DNA from: Vicinamibacteria bacterium
Lineage (GTDB): Bacteria > Acidobacteriota > Vicinamibacteria > Marinacidobacterales > Marinacidobacteraceae
DNA length: 64,000 nucleotides
Direction of reading: 5' to 3'
Assembly (NCBI GenBank): GCA_963668695.2
Contig: CAXXLQ010000004.1
Span: 3,264,001-3,328,000 of the forward strand
The notes under the pieces are model-generated. The model searched no databases. It was not told the DNA's origin and saw nothing but the letters and a program-made list of their open reading frames with translations. A program made the translations under genes and the position numbers. Below, in pieces: positions 19,611 to 30,547 of the stretch (its first letter is position 1; the number at the start of each line of letters is the position of its first letter).

Positions 19611-19982
19611 CTAACCAGGGCGAGAGTCCGATTCGTCCGCTGGTCCTTGTCTGGACGCGCCCGCTCCCTCCTTCGACGCCTCCTCCTCGGTCTCTCGGCG
19701 CACCAGGTGGATCCCCTCGTACTCGACCAAGTCCTTGGCCGGCGCTCCCAGCGTGAGAACCTGCTGGCGTTCATCCGTGGAGGGGGCCGCCCAGGTCATT
19801 ACGACAGAACCTTGAGCGTAGTAGGACCACCACACCCTGAGAACCTTCCACACGCGTTCCCTGACCCTGGCCGACATGTCGGGTTGTGTATAGACGCCGG
19901 GCGCCAGCTCCAGCATGCACGACGCCAAAAACCCCCGGAACCGCGCCGGGACATCACGGGTCACCACCACGCACATCGCCAT
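19611..19982 (-). CDS. cas2: Type I-E Cas2
   Basis: VVVTRDVPARFRGFLASCMLELAPGVY...RVRERVW. Confidence 0.92.
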   Translation of the reverse strand: MAMCVVVTRDVPARFRGFLASCMLELAPGVYTQPDMSARVRERVWKVLRVWWSYYAQGSVVMTWAAPSTDERQQVLTLGAPAKDLVEYEGIHLVRRETEEEASKEGAGASRQGPADESDSRPG

Positions 19983-20838
19983 CGAACAACTCCTTGATCC
20001 GGTCAATCATGTGGGAAATCAGCTTACGGCGGCGCATTTCCCGGCCCGTCATCCGCCGGACGACTCGCTCCAACTCGACTCTCCGGTCCCTTTCATGCTC
20101 CTTCACGGCGGCAAACGCCACGGGGAGCGTCACTTCCCCCCGGTACAGGTCGGCGATGTCAAGCACGAAAGAAATCCCGGAATCCTCGTGGATGAAACCC
20201 AGGTGGGGCAGCGCCCCGACGCTGATCACCGCGATCGTCGCGGCGGCCTCCACGGCGGTGGCCGCGTGGTTGATGGCCTGATTCGGAAGATCAGCCCAGT
20301 CGGGAACATCCCGCTTGTAACTGCGGCGATCCCATCGGACTCCGTACTGCCTCGCGATCGTCTGATAGAGCGCGCGCATCCGAGCCCCCTCAATCCCCCG
20401 CAGGGCATTGAGGTCCCGGTGCGGCAGGACTTCGCCGAGCCGCCACGCGTACATCCGCCGCGCCGTATGGATTCGTTGCTCCTCATCCGCCCACAACTGC
20501 ACCTGCCGCCGTGCCATCGCGGACTCATCCGGGCCGATCGGTGGCGCGGTGTAAGCCCGCACTCCGTCCTCGCCAACCGCGATCAGTCCGGTCCCGTGAC
20601 GCGCGCAGAGACGAAGCGCGTCGTGGCTCACCGTAGTCCCGGGCCCGAGGAGCAGCACCGAGACCATCTGAAAAGGAATCGCGTAATCACCGGCCTCCAT
20701 CACCGGGCTTTTCGCCGCTCGGAACCTCAGTGTTCCGGACTCGACCCACAGGTTTCCGCGGGACAGCCACATGAGACCGTGCCGGTCTGCGTGCGGAATC
20801 CGCGCGGTCTCCAGCCCCAGGCGCCCCTTGAGAACCAA
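19954..20838 (-). CDS. cas1: Type I-E Cas1
   Basis: LLGPGTTVSHDAL, LRGIEGARM, LGFIHEDSG, FVLDIADLY. Confidence 0.95.
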   Translation of the reverse strand: MVLKGRLGLETARIPHADRHGLMWLSRGNLWVESGTLRFRAAKSPVMEAGDYAIPFQMVSVLLLGPGTTVSHDALRLCARHGTGLIAVGEDGVRAYTAPPIGPDESAMARRQVQLWADEEQRIHTARRMYAWRLGEVLPHRDLNALRGIEGARMRALYQTIARQYGVRWDRRSYKRDVPDWADLPNQAINHAATAVEAAATIAVISVGALPHLGFIHEDSGISFVLDIADLYRGEVTLPVAFAAVKEHERDRRVELERVVRRMTGREMRRRKLISHMIDRIKELFDGDVRGGDP

Positions 20839-20856
20839 CCGCAGACCCTCCAGCGA

Positions 20857-21723
20857 TCAGGCGGGCCGGAGCAGCACCATCCCGAAGCCGAACCCGCAGT
20901 GCCGACCGACACCCTTGGCCAGGAGTTCCTGCACTCCCTCTCCCGTCACTACCTCCAGTTCGCCGGTAAACCGGACATCAGGCCGCGTGAGCCACTGCGC
21001 GGAGCGCCCGTTCCCGTTGCGCGGCCTGCGAAGCAACCGCACGGAACGAAACGAGCGAACCCGCACCGAACCCTCGACGAGTGTGCATGGCGGCGGTCGG
21101 TCGGGGCCTGAGGCGAAGCGTTCCTTCAGCCAGGCCAAGTACACCTCGTCCCGCTGCGGAAGCGGAGCTCCGCTTTCCTCGGCGCGGGCCGTCGCAAGCT
21201 GGAATGCGTCCACTTCCCGGCCTCGCTCGGAATAGACGACTTGGCGGCGCTCCGGATGCGTGATGTTTGTTGTGAACGGCCGCTTGGCCAGCCGGCGTCG
21301 CACGGGGCATGCCCGCAGCTCGAAACCAAGCCGCAAGCCTCCGGGCCAGTGCGTCGGCAGGCGCTTGGCGCGGAGATCCTCCCAGTCAAAGAGATTCTGG
21401 AATTCGTCCTTCGCAACCTGGGCCAGCGTCGCTAGCCCGTCCCGATCCATGGCCGCATAGCCGAGAACGGGCGTTATGTCGGCGCTGCCGGGTCCGCATG
21501 CTCGGTTCCGCGGCCCGTTCCCGGTGGGTGCAAGCGTGAACGGCCTGGGCGCCTTCTCACCGAAGAGCCCCGCCAAGGCGGCGTGAAGCGCGTATCCGGG
21601 ATCCGGTTCCCGCGGGCGTCCCCGGCCGTCACCGGGAGGAACCCTGAAATACCGGCGCGCCAGGGCCCACTCGGTAAACGCGCGCAGTCGGAGCGGCAAC
21701 CGGATGAGATGAAGATCCGTCAT
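20857..21723 (-). CDS. cas6e: Cas6e
   Basis: C-terminal glycine loop GVGRHCGFGFGM; position in the operon. Confidence 0.9.
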   Translation of the reverse strand: MTDLHLIRLPLRLRAFTEWALARRYFRVPPGDGRGRPREPDPGYALHAALAGLFGEKAPRPFTLAPTGNGPRNRACGPGSADITPVLGYAAMDRDGLATLAQVAKDEFQNLFDWEDLRAKRLPTHWPGGLRLGFELRACPVRRRLAKRPFTTNITHPERRQVVYSERGREVDAFQLATARAEESGAPLPQRDEVYLAWLKERFASGPDRPPPCTLVEGSVRVRSFRSVRLLRRPRNGNGRSAQWLTRPDVRFTGELEVVTGEGVQELLAKGVGRHCGFGFGMVLLRPA

Positions 21724-22499
21724 TGCGCCGGTTCCCCGCGCTCAACCGTTTGAAGCGACAGCATCCCTCGGGCAACCACTCGTTCGCCGCCATGAAGCTG
21801 GTTGCGCCAGTCCCTCCGGTCCACCACGCGGTGCGCGTGCGTCCCACTCGCTTGGGCGGCGTCCTCTCTGGCGATGGGCCACTCGGCTGGAACCCGCTCC
21901 ATCGTCGTGGCACCGAAGGCCGTCCTCCACTGATCCGGAAAAACAATCGGGGCACGAGAAATGGCATCGGTCAGATTCCTGGCGTCCGAAACCAACCCGA
22001 AGACGATCCGGTCGGCCGGGAGACAGTGCTTCCGGCCGAGGAAAAGCGGGCGGAACGGCCGGTCGAGCGCGTCGGCGATCTGTTCGATCTTCGGTTGCGT
22101 CTCGGGCGACGAGAGAGTCATCGCCGCCAGGACTTTCGCATCGGCGCGATACCGGCGGACCCTGATGTGGGTTCCGAACCTGGCCTCGGCGCCGCCAGCG
22201 CGGTGCTCCACATGGCCGCGCGTCGTCCAGCCCGGCTTGGAGAGATGTTCCTGCCCAAGGTCCACCGTCTGGTAGTCCTCCAACTCCTCCCCGTCGCGCA
22301 GCAGCACCGCCGCCAGGGAGATGCGATCCTGGAGCGACTGCAACCGGTCATGTTCGCGATGCGTGTAACCCAGCGCATTTCCCAGCAGACCGGTGATCTG
22401 GCTGACGGTCGGGAATCTGCCGGTGGGCCCGATCTGATCCACCTGCGGACCGCCGAAGCTCATCAGGGGAGCCTGCAGATTGAGGAGAAGAACCTGCAT
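21720..22499 (-). CDS. cas5e: Cas5e
   Basis: LQAPLMSFGG, GLLGNALG, RRYRAD, LFLGRKHCLP. Confidence 0.92.
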   Translation of the reverse strand: MQVLLLNLQAPLMSFGGPQVDQIGPTGRFPTVSQITGLLGNALGYTHREHDRLQSLQDRISLAAVLLRDGEELEDYQTVDLGQEHLSKPGWTTRGHVEHRAGGAEARFGTHIRVRRYRADAKVLAAMTLSSPETQPKIEQIADALDRPFRPLFLGRKHCLPADRIVFGLVSDARNLTDAISRAPIVFPDQWRTAFGATTMERVPAEWPIAREDAAQASGTHAHRVVDRRDWRNQLHGGERVVARGMLSLQTVERGEPAQ

Positions 22500-22503
22500 G
22501 GCG

Positions 22504-23682
22504 TTACGCCTCGATCTGAGCCGCCGCCCAGTCGGCGAGTTCGTCCAGCGTGACCCGCTTCCCCGCGTGATCGGGAACCGGTTCGACCATGCTGGCAATT
22601 CGCCGCTCTTCGTGAACGCCATACATCGCGTCGTAGCGGCGAAGGTAGTCGCCAACCGCCTTGCTCGCCTCGCTCTTCATGTCCTCGTGGCGCTTCGAGA
22701 CGGGCTTCATGAAGGCGTTCGCCAAGGTACGCGGCTGCCGGGCGCCGGCTTCAGCCAACATCACCTCGGCGCAGGCGTAGGGCGCGGTTGCGCCGCGCTT
22801 CGCTCCGGGCGAGACCGTGGCGATCAGATGCGGCAGGCGGCGCAACACGTTCGCCGCCAGTTCGGAGTCGTTCGACAGATTGGAGGTCAACTGGCCGAGG
22901 TCCACGACGACATACGAATAGAAGAGGCCGCTGGTCAGTTCGGTGGTGTTGATGTGCCCCGATCCGAGTTCACCTTCCTCGGTAACGAGGTCGTCGAGCG
23001 CCGAGAAGTAGTCCGGCTCCGACTCCTCCTGGTGGACCGTGAAACTGTGGGAAACATGGACGGCGGCATCCGACCGGGCCAACAGGTCGGAAGTCACCAT
23101 TCGACCGAAGAGCGCCGCGTCGAGACCGGCCCCCTGCGTTAGCGCGGCCAGATTCTTCCGGGTCTCCTTGTTCTTGAAGTACTCCGCCACCGCCTTTGCA
23201 GTGGCCTCGGCGTCGTCCTTTGCGAGCTTGCGGGCGGTCTCGGTGAGGTACGCCAATTCCGGCTCACCGAGGACGATCACCTGATCGGTGCGCAGTTCGT
23301 CCAGCGGTTTTCCGGCCCCCTCGCCGCTTTCCTTCCTGGCCTTGCGCGTCTCCCGCGCCTTGATGCTCTCGCCCAGAACCGCCGAACGGATGGGGGTCAG
23401 GACGTTCACAACCTGTTCCTCCGACATTCCGGCCTCTCGCAGGCGGCCGGCGATCACCTGGCTGAAGAGCCGCCGGGATCGTTTGGATTTCCCGGTGCCG
23501 AGGTCGCTCAGCGACCATTCGCCCGTGGCCTCCCGCCAGTGGCGCTTGAGGCACTGCGAAGAAACGCGGATGCGTTCGCATCCGCCGAACGGCAGACGCT
23601 TGGCGCGCCCGATGTCGTCACGGTTCAACAGCGTCGCGGCGTAGCCGGTCAGCGTGTGGATCTGCAGGAATCTGGGGTTCAT
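22504..23682 (-). CDS. cas7e: Cas7e (Cse4)
   Basis: FLQIHTL, LNRDD, RVSSQCLKRHWR, ALFGRM, DYFSALDDL. Confidence 0.95.
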   Translation of the reverse strand: MNPRFLQIHTLTGYAATLLNRDDIGRAKRLPFGGCERIRVSSQCLKRHWREATGEWSLSDLGTGKSKRSRRLFSQVIAGRLREAGMSEEQVVNVLTPIRSAVLGESIKARETRKARKESGEGAGKPLDELRTDQVIVLGEPELAYLTETARKLAKDDAEATAKAVAEYFKNKETRKNLAALTQGAGLDAALFGRMVTSDLLARSDAAVHVSHSFTVHQEESEPDYFSALDDLVTEEGELGSGHINTTELTSGLFYSYVVVDLGQLTSNLSNDSELAANVLRRLPHLIATVSPGAKRGATAPYACAEVMLAEAGARQPRTLANAFMKPVSKRHEDMKSEASKAVGDYLRRYDAMYGVHEERRIASMVEPVPDHAGKRVTLDELADWAAAQIEA

Positions 23683-23705
23683 GGATATTCCTCCTCGGAA
23701 GAGAA

Positions 23706-24251
23706 TCAGGACTGCACCGCCTGGGCGCGGAAGAAATCGTGAGAGAGAGTGCGGACCGCGCGATCGGGACGCACATCCAGCCCGAGCCAGGGTCGGCCGA
23801 GAAGAAGTTCCGCGACCGGATACAGATTGGCCTTCACATGCTTTCGCGCCAGCCACTCGGCCGCTACCCGGAGTTCCCGCGCCAACTCGCCGTTTTCGGC
23901 GCGAACGAGGCGCACGAAACGAAACTCGGAATAGCCCGCCTTGGCCAGTTCGGACCCGAAAGACCGATCGAAGTCCAGTGGCTTCGGCGCCATCTCGGCC
24001 ATCGCCCGGATGAGCGCGGCCCACGCGGCGTCCACCCGGAGATCCGCGTGGCCCCCGGGTTCCCTCCATTCCTCCGGCACAATGCGCAGGTAGAGCCTCC
24101 AGAAGACCGGAGGGCGGTCGGAAGGCGTCATCCGCCGCAGCTCGGCGAGGGATCCGGTTCCGATCACCTCACCACTCAGCTCATGGGACAGTCGCCCCAG
24201 GACTCGGCCCAGGGTGACGGGTTGTTCGGGGTTTGCACGTTCTTCAGTCAT
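23706..24251 (-). CDS. cse2: Cas11/Cse2 small subunit
   Basis: LAELRR and SEFRFVRL motifs; lies between cas8e and cas7. Confidence 0.85.
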   Translation of the reverse strand: MTEERANPEQPVTLGRVLGRLSHELSGEVIGTGSLAELRRMTPSDRPPVFWRLYLRIVPEEWREPGGHADLRVDAAWAALIRAMAEMAPKPLDFDRSFGSELAKAGYSEFRFVRLVRAENGELARELRVAAEWLARKHVKANLYPVAELLLGRPWLGLDVRPDRAVRTLSHDFFRAQAVQS

Positions 24252-24256
24252 CGGTC

Positions 24257-25804
24257 TCACTTCCGGGAGTCAGCCTCCTCGAAGGCGTCGGGTAGCTGCT
24301 TGCGCAGGCCGCCGAAGAGCACGCTCTCCGAGGCGAACTGCGCCTTCTCGCGGCGGGTGCCGGGAGGGGAGAGGCGGCGCCAGGCATCCTCGGCAAGCCG
24401 AGTCGCGGTTGTCCGGAGAAAGACCTGCCACTTTCGGCGCGCGCATACGAAGTCCTCCGCCGGGGCCGCAAACAGGGAATCGAAGAACTGATCGTCCGTC
24501 TGCCGATCGAACCGCCTGACGACGGGGGCCGCGTCAGCCTTCTTGAAATTCGGGTGTTCGGGCCCCTGCAGATACACGATGATGGCCTGTCGCAACACTT
24601 TCCGCGCGCTGCCGGCGAGCGTGACCATCTCGTCGGAGAGCTTCGCCATCGAAGCCTCGTCGTCGTCGGGATCGGCCCCGACCGAGAGTTGGACCGACGC
24701 CGGGAGGGGAATGACCCGCTCGTGAAACCCCTCGGTCTTTCCCTGCCCCCGGACCAACGCGGCGAAATGGATCTGCGAATCCTCTCCCGATTCGCCAGGA
24801 AGCGCACCGAGGGCAAGGGGCTTTCGGGATTCGCCGCCGCGGAACAGGATCCTCTGGACGAGGCGGTAGTCGAAGCCGCCACCTCCCACCGTGAGGGCGG
24901 TCGGCGGATCCTTTCGGAGATCAAGCGGAATCCACGGGTCGCCCACATTGCCGAAGAATGCTTTGGCGTCGGTTCGCCGCTTTGCGGCGGGACGCACCCG
25001 GGCCTCCAGCGAACCGTGGCCAGCCTCGATCAACCGCACTCGGCGGCAGATTTCGATGAAGTAGGGGTCCAGCTCCGAAAGCGAGAGCATCTCGTCGGTG
25101 TCCCATGCGCGCACCCAGGTCAGCGCCAGACCACCCCGGGCTCGGTACACCTGATCGTCCATGCTCTCCAGCACTCCCTCACGCCGAGCCAGCAGCATCC
25201 GGATCGCCCGAACGACACGCGGCCCCCAACGCGAACTGGGCCGCCGGTCCACGAGCACCCGGCTGGCGAAGCCCCCGTTCATCCGGGCCACGCCGGGCTG
25301 TCCACGACCCGAATAGCCTTGTTGGGTTTGCAGATTGACCAGCGCATACAGCCAGAGATGCGGGCTCCCGCCGATCGCGCGGGACTGTTTGATGTCGTGG
25401 TTCTTGGCGGTCACCAGAAGATCCAGGGCGTCGGGAGTCGCGGCGTACGGCTTGAACTCATCGAGCCGGCAAGTGGGCGCCTGAAGGAGAGCTGGCTTCG
25501 CGGGGTCCTCCACCACCAGGCTCCAGGCCGAATCGCCGGCGTCCGGAGCCAGGTCGGCCAACATCGCGCGCCAGGCGTGGGGGTCCGAGGGAGGCGCCTC
25601 GCGTCCTTGCCGCCGCAGGGCCAACGAGCCGAGTTGCCCGAGGAACTGATACCAGGCGGGCGCCTGGTGCGCCCCCAGACCCGGGAAGGCATCGACCGTG
25701 TCGCCGGCCAGCCGCGCGTACAGCTCCGGCAAAGCGAGACGTTCTGTCCGGGAAGTGTCGCCACCCTGGATCGGAATTACGGCATCAGTCAACAAGTCAT
25801 GCAT
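24257..25804 (-). CDS. cas8e: Cas8e/Cse1 large subunit
   Basis: HDLLTD start, TAKNHDIK, ARMNGG, DPWIP, RGQGKTEGFHER; operon position. Confidence 0.88.
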   Translation of the reverse strand: MHDLLTDAVIPIQGGDTSRTERLALPELYARLAGDTVDAFPGLGAHQAPAWYQFLGQLGSLALRRQGREAPPSDPHAWRAMLADLAPDAGDSAWSLVVEDPAKPALLQAPTCRLDEFKPYAATPDALDLLVTAKNHDIKQSRAIGGSPHLWLYALVNLQTQQGYSGRGQPGVARMNGGFASRVLVDRRPSSRWGPRVVRAIRMLLARREGVLESMDDQVYRARGGLALTWVRAWDTDEMLSLSELDPYFIEICRRVRLIEAGHGSLEARVRPAAKRRTDAKAFFGNVGDPWIPLDLRKDPPTALTVGGGGFDYRLVQRILFRGGESRKPLALGALPGESGEDSQIHFAALVRGQGKTEGFHERVIPLPASVQLSVGADPDDDEASMAKLSDEMVTLAGSARKVLRQAIIVYLQGPEHPNFKKADAAPVVRRFDRQTDDQFFDSLFAAPAEDFVCARRKWQVFLRTTATRLAEDAWRRLSPPGTRREKAQFASESVLFGGLRKQLPDAFEEADSRK

Positions 25805-26051
25805 GCTGTGCCTCCTCAGGGGCGGGGCTTCGGACCGCCCGTCCGAGGGCGGTGGTTTCGAGCATTGTTACCGATACGAGATGATTTGTCAAACTCTGCT
25901 TTTTAGAGATTAGAATCAACACCCGGGCACCGAACAGCCAGTCCCGCGGATCGCAGTCCCAACACCCCGACTGAATCGGGGATACACCTTCTGCTTTCTT
26001 TGAGCGGAAAATTTCCCCGCACCTGCGGGGACTCGCCACGGCGCCACCCGA

Positions 26052-28670
26052 TCAGCTCCCGACCCGGCGCAGCCCGAGCCGGTCGTAGAGGAACGAAAAT
26101 CTCCCGAGGCGGAATCGGATCACCCCGTCCCCGGCCTGGATTTCCGTCGGTTCCGTGTCAGGATCGATCCCCTCCGCCATCCAGCCCGGCACCGCAAGCG
26201 TGCCAACCCGCGTCCCGAACGGGCCGGGGAGCGGCTCCGTCAAGTCGAGCCGCCGGTCCTTCAGGCCGAGTCTCGTCGCCGCCTCGATATCCCGAATCGG
26301 CTGGTTGGCCACCAGCGATTCCTTCCAGCGGATCTTCACCGCGGACGCCGCCGTCCCCTCGGCGGATCTCCCCGCCAGCACCGTTCCGAGATGGGCCTGC
26401 CACGGCCCGCCGAGACGCTGGGCGAATGCCTCCAACCCGGCGCCATGCGTGGCCGCCTCGACCAGTTCCCGATTGTCCTTGGGAACCTGGATCTCCCCGC
26501 GCTCGGCGAGCCAGTCCCGGGTGGCGCGAAGCCCTACGATGTTCTCGTAGATCCGCCCGAGACCCAGCGGGCTTCTTCCACGTCGCCGATTCCCTTCGGA
26601 CCCCAGGAGACCCTCAAGACGGTCCGTCGAGGGAGCGACAACGGTGACAACGGGCTCCTCGTACCCCGGCGGCCGCAGATTGTCGGCGTGGCGGTGCAAG
26701 CGGCCGATGCGCTGCAGCAACACGTCTCCCGGCGCCAGATCGGTTATCAGCCAGTCCGCGCAGATGTCGAGCGACTGCTCCGCCGTCTGGGTGGTGACCG
26801 CGACCACTCCCTCGCGGCGTTTTCCGAGCGCTTCTTCGAGGGCCGCGTCGAGCAGCCTCCGATCCTCCGGCGCGAATCGGCCGTGGTGCGGCGCAACCAC
26901 GCCCTCGCACACGAACAACCTCGCCCCCAGTTCCTCGAGGCGCTCGACCGTGTCCTGGGCATCGTCCACGCGGTTCCGGATGAAGAGGACCACCGCCCCG
27001 GCCTCCGCCGCCTCCCGGATCCGACAGAAGAGATCCTTGGCAACGCTGTCCGGGTCCACCAGTTCGACACGGACCCGCTTGGACCGACCGTCCACTTCGA
27101 GCTCGTGAAGGGATTCCCCGCTCCGGCTCACGGACGGATACGGAAGGCGCGCGGCCTCCGCTACGCCCTGGATTTCACCCATCTCGATCCGCCTCGAAGG
27201 TTGGAGCAGGCGTTCGCGCGCCGAACTTCCGAGGGTCGCCGACATGAGCAGCGCATGGCCTCCGGCGGCGGAATGCTGATCGAGGAGGTTCCGGAGAAGC
27301 GTCGTCATGTAGGCATCCGAGGCGTGCACCTCATCCACCACGAGCAGCAGACGCAGCATGGGTCCGGACCGCATTTGCGCATGCCGCACCCTCAGCCCGC
27401 CGAGCAGGGCCTGGTCAATGGTTCCGATCATGACCGCGCCCGACAGGTAGCGCTTCGCGTTTTCAACCGCCCAACCCCGCTCCCGAACGCGCTCGTCGTC
27501 CCACAGGACCCGCCAGGTTTCCGGAAGGGGCCGGTGGCCTTCCCGATCGTCCACGCGCAGATAGCCGGGCACCGCCAGTCCGACCGGCGGGGCAGCATCG
27601 CCAAGCCAGCCCGCGATCACCTTCTTGATGCGGGTGTGGATCTGGACGGCGGCGGCGCGCGTCGGGAGGGCGAAGTACATCCCGTCCACCTCGCCCTCGC
27701 GGAAGAGCCGGAGGAAGTGGATCAGAGCCGCTTCGGTCTTCCCGGAACCCGTTTCCGCTTCAAGAGCCACGATCTGCCCGGAGCGCGGCAAAGGCTGCTC
27801 AAGGAGGGCGCGCTGCGCGGGACGGGGAGGCCCGAGCTTCGGGAACAGGGTATGAAAGTCCAGCGAGAGCTCCTTGGCCGCCGCCCGTCCAGCCACCGGA
27901 TCCCACCACCTCTTCCCGATGACGTCCCGAGCCGCGGCTCGCGCCGAGGCAATCCGCAATCTTGCTTGGGTCCCGCCCTCGCTCGGGAAAGGGAAGTCGT
28001 CGTGATTCGAACCGAGCCAGTCGGCCAATACCACCAGCCCAGCCAGGGCGTGGAGAAACCGGGAGGCGGTGGGAAGCGGGTCCCCGCCCCGGGAGAAGGC
28101 GTTGGGGAACATCTCCTCGAGGACCGCCACGACCTCGGCGAGCGCCGCGAGAGGTTCATAGCCATTCCGCGACCGCCAATCCGATGCGTTCACCGCCGGC
28201 CGTTCAGTAGGGAGGCTTCCGTGGTGGGCCAGCACCACGTCCCAGACTGCGGCTTCGGCATCGGAGTCGGCGAACCAGGACTTCCAGAGGCCTCGCTTCA
28301 GGGCTCTCCGGACTTCCGTTCGGATTGCCGATGGAGGGGCATCGGACCCCAGAAGCGCCCATGCGGGGGCAATGTGCGACGCCCTGCTTCGATCCCGCAA
28401 ACGGCGCTGAAAGGAGTGAACCGCCTTGCCGAAGTCGTGGAGCCCGGCAAAGAAACTGAAGCGAGCGATGTCGGTCCCGGAAAGCTGGCGGCCGGCGAGC
28501 CGATCCAGCCGGGCGCGGATCGTCGGCAGGGAAAGGATCGCCTCGGCCATGGCGCCCACGTCGACCGAGTGATCGGTGAGGCTCAGGCTGGGCGTCCCGT
28601 CCAGCGACTTGGCCCACGCCGTCCGAGGATCGGGTAACGGGAGTTGGGGCACGGCCGATCGATCCGGCAT
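26052..28670 (-). CDS. cas3: Cas3 HD nuclease-helicase
   Basis: HSVDV, LHDFGK, LADWLGS, ETGSGKTE, DEVH, QRIGRLHRH; ATG 28670 after GGAGG. Confidence 0.96.
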   Translation of the reverse strand: MPDRSAVPQLPLPDPRTAWAKSLDGTPSLSLTDHSVDVGAMAEAILSLPTIRARLDRLAGRQLSGTDIARFSFFAGLHDFGKAVHSFQRRLRDRSRASHIAPAWALLGSDAPPSAIRTEVRRALKRGLWKSWFADSDAEAAVWDVVLAHHGSLPTERPAVNASDWRSRNGYEPLAALAEVVAVLEEMFPNAFSRGGDPLPTASRFLHALAGLVVLADWLGSNHDDFPFPSEGGTQARLRIASARAAARDVIGKRWWDPVAGRAAAKELSLDFHTLFPKLGPPRPAQRALLEQPLPRSGQIVALEAETGSGKTEAALIHFLRLFREGEVDGMYFALPTRAAAVQIHTRIKKVIAGWLGDAAPPVGLAVPGYLRVDDREGHRPLPETWRVLWDDERVRERGWAVENAKRYLSGAVMIGTIDQALLGGLRVRHAQMRSGPMLRLLLVVDEVHASDAYMTTLLRNLLDQHSAAGGHALLMSATLGSSARERLLQPSRRIEMGEIQGVAEAARLPYPSVSRSGESLHELEVDGRSKRVRVELVDPDSVAKDLFCRIREAAEAGAVVLFIRNRVDDAQDTVERLEELGARLFVCEGVVAPHHGRFAPEDRRLLDAALEEALGKRREGVVAVTTQTAEQSLDICADWLITDLAPGDVLLQRIGRLHRHADNLRPPGYEEPVVTVVAPSTDRLEGLLGSEGNRRRGRSPLGLGRIYENIVGLRATRDWLAERGEIQVPKDNRELVEAATHGAGLEAFAQRLGGPWQAHLGTVLAGRSAEGTAASAVKIRWKESLVANQPIRDIEAATRLGLKDRRLDLTEPLPGPFGTRVGTLAVPGWMAEGIDPDTEPTEIQAGDGVIRFRLGRFSFLYDRLGLRRVGS

Positions 28671-29064
28671 TCGGACCTCCTGCGGGACAGAATTCTTGGA
28701 AGTCAGCACCCGGCGTGCGCTGCCCACCGGGTCGCTCGACCTTCCGCTTTTTAGTATCTCGCCTCCATGCGTCAAAAACGGTCACCCCCATGCTCCGGCC
28801 CGTGGATTCGCACCGTGGCTCACCCGCTTCATCCAACCGTGTTTGATCGATCGGATGGGAACTGCGGGCATGACCGCCGGATCCGGTGGCGAGGGCGGTT
28901 TCGCCGCGCGCTGCGCGGCGGCGCCGACCAAGGTCGGCAGTCCCTCCCCCGCCGCTCCAGGTCTGCCCCGCGTTCCAGAACCAGTGCAGCCTGGAGGCCG
29001 GCGGGCCCTCCGAAACGCGCCGCCTGGTTCAGTCGGCGGCGACGCGGTCCGCGCGCTCGAGAAG

Positions 29065-29337
29065 CTACTGATGCAGCCGGTCGAGCCAGCCCGCAAGCGA
29101 CGCGATGCACGCGAGGGCGAATATCGCCCCCAAAGCCCAGCCGGCGTCAGGCCACACGGTGAACGCGGCGAGGGCGCCGACGATGACCTGCAAGACCGCG
29201 CCCCCGATCCAGCGGACGGTCAGGGTAACGAGGAGCAGCAGCGCGAACCACGTTGCCGAACTGCCCCTGCCCTCAACCCAGCCGGGCCAGGAAGACCGCC
29301 TCGTCTTCCGCCGCGGAAGCGGCGTCGAGAACGGCAT
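29065..29337 (-). CDS. Small hypothetical membrane protein
   Basis: Three hydrophobic segments in 90 aa. Confidence 0.5.
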   Translation of the reverse strand: MPFSTPLPRRKTRRSSWPGWVEGRGSSATWFALLLLVTLTVRWIGGAVLQVIVGALAAFTVWPDAGWALGAIFALACIASLAGWLDRLHQ

Positions 29338-29581
29338 CCGGTGATGCCCCGCGCCGCGCGGCGAGCTCCGCCACGACCCCTCCGGAACCGCAATCTCACG
29401 CGTTTCGCCCGCCTCTGGCGGGCGATGCCGGCCCCCGCCGGGAGAACCCTCATGATCGGGTCCTCCTGCACACCCTCGCCCGTCATGAAAAAGACGCGGC
29501 CCTCACCTTGGCATGGCGCAGAGTCATCGCCGCTGGTTTCGCGCTCCCGCGCGATGCCGACCGGAAGTCGGCGGTCCCTTC

Positions 29582-30547
29582 CTACGCCTCGCGGTCCGGG
29601 CAAGCGGCGGGCTCCAGTCGCAACAGGAAATCCGCTTCGTCGTCAGCCGTAAACGCCGCCTCGAGGACGGTCTCGCGCGACGGCTGTAGCAAGGACTCCG
29701 GCTTCGCGGGAAACCCGTCGGACACGACGAGCCCCCGTTGGCGAAGGATGGTGCGGATCACTTCGGCCAACTCCGCCGCGCGGGCCCGGCGCTCCATCCG
29801 GGTCAGGAGCAGCTCATCCTCCGGGACCGTCCCCTCCCGCTCCCCGAGCGCGCGTCCCACCCGCCTCAGATCTTTCTTCGTGTCCTCGGACATCACGGGT
29901 TCGTTCAGCGCCCGGTGGATCTCCTCCGCCCCCCAGCCCGGAAACGCCCGACTCTCCGACGACTCCCGGTAGCGGCCCTCCTCCAGTAAGTGGATCGTCA
30001 GTCCCGGACTGAGGCCCGCCGGCCGGCTCGGCGATGCCATCTTCGGAACCTCCACCCAGACCTCCGGGAAACCCCATTCCGCGTACGCGACCAGCTTCCC
30101 CCGCCGCACGTCCGTCGTGTTGTCCACCTCGAGGACAACGTCCGGATAGGCATCTTCTCCCACGATCAGTTGCGAACCCTCCGGCAGATTCGCGCCTCCC
30201 GGGTGGAGATACACCGTTTCGTCCGCCTGCATCAGATCCGCGAGGGCTCCGTCCGGTTCGCGGATCCGGAAGTCCGTCGAACCCAGGCACTCCACGTCCG
30301 AGCCTCGCGCCTCGACGATCCGCTCGAGGAGCCTCGCCAGCCGGCGAGTGGGCCGCTCGTGCCACCGACTCGCCGGCTCTTGCACCATCCAGGCGGTCCC
30401 GGTGGCGGCGTGCCAGTACTCCAGTTTCCGCCCCTCCCACTCCGGGCCGAAAATCTCGGCCTCGCTCACCCGCACCGGCTCGCAGCCCGTGAACTCCAGC
30501 TCGGCGACCCGCGTCCGCCCCCGCTCCGCGACCGCTGACCCGCGCAT
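29582..30547 (-). CDS. Uma2-family (PD-(D/E)xK) endonuclease-like protein
   Basis: QADETVY, PDVVLEVDNTT, KLVAYAEWGFPEVW. Confidence 0.8.
   Translation of the reverse strand: MRGSAVAERGRTRVAELEFTGCEPVRVSEAEIFGPEWEGRKLEYWHAATGTAWMVQEPASRWHERPTRRLARLLERIVEARGSDVECLGSTDFRIREPDGALADLMQADETVYLHPGGANLPEGSQLIVGEDAYPDVVLEVDNTTDVRRGKLVAYAEWGFPEVWVEVPKMASPSRPAGLSPGLTIHLLEEGRYRESSESRAFPGWGAEEIHRALNEPVMSEDTKKDLRRVGRALGEREGTVPEDELLLTRMERRARAAELAEVIRTILRQRGLVVSDGFPAKPESLLQPSRETVLEAAFTADDEADFLLRLEPAACPDREA

Noticed and set aside
16817-19997. Numerous ORFs across the CRISPR array
   Set aside because: They are translations of repeats and spacers.
28648-28678. Two short spacers (19344-19368 and 19454-19471) partly resemble the cas3 start region
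   Set aside because: The matches need mismatches or a gap, the seed end does not pair and there is no AA PAM, so chance in GC-rich DNA is plausible.
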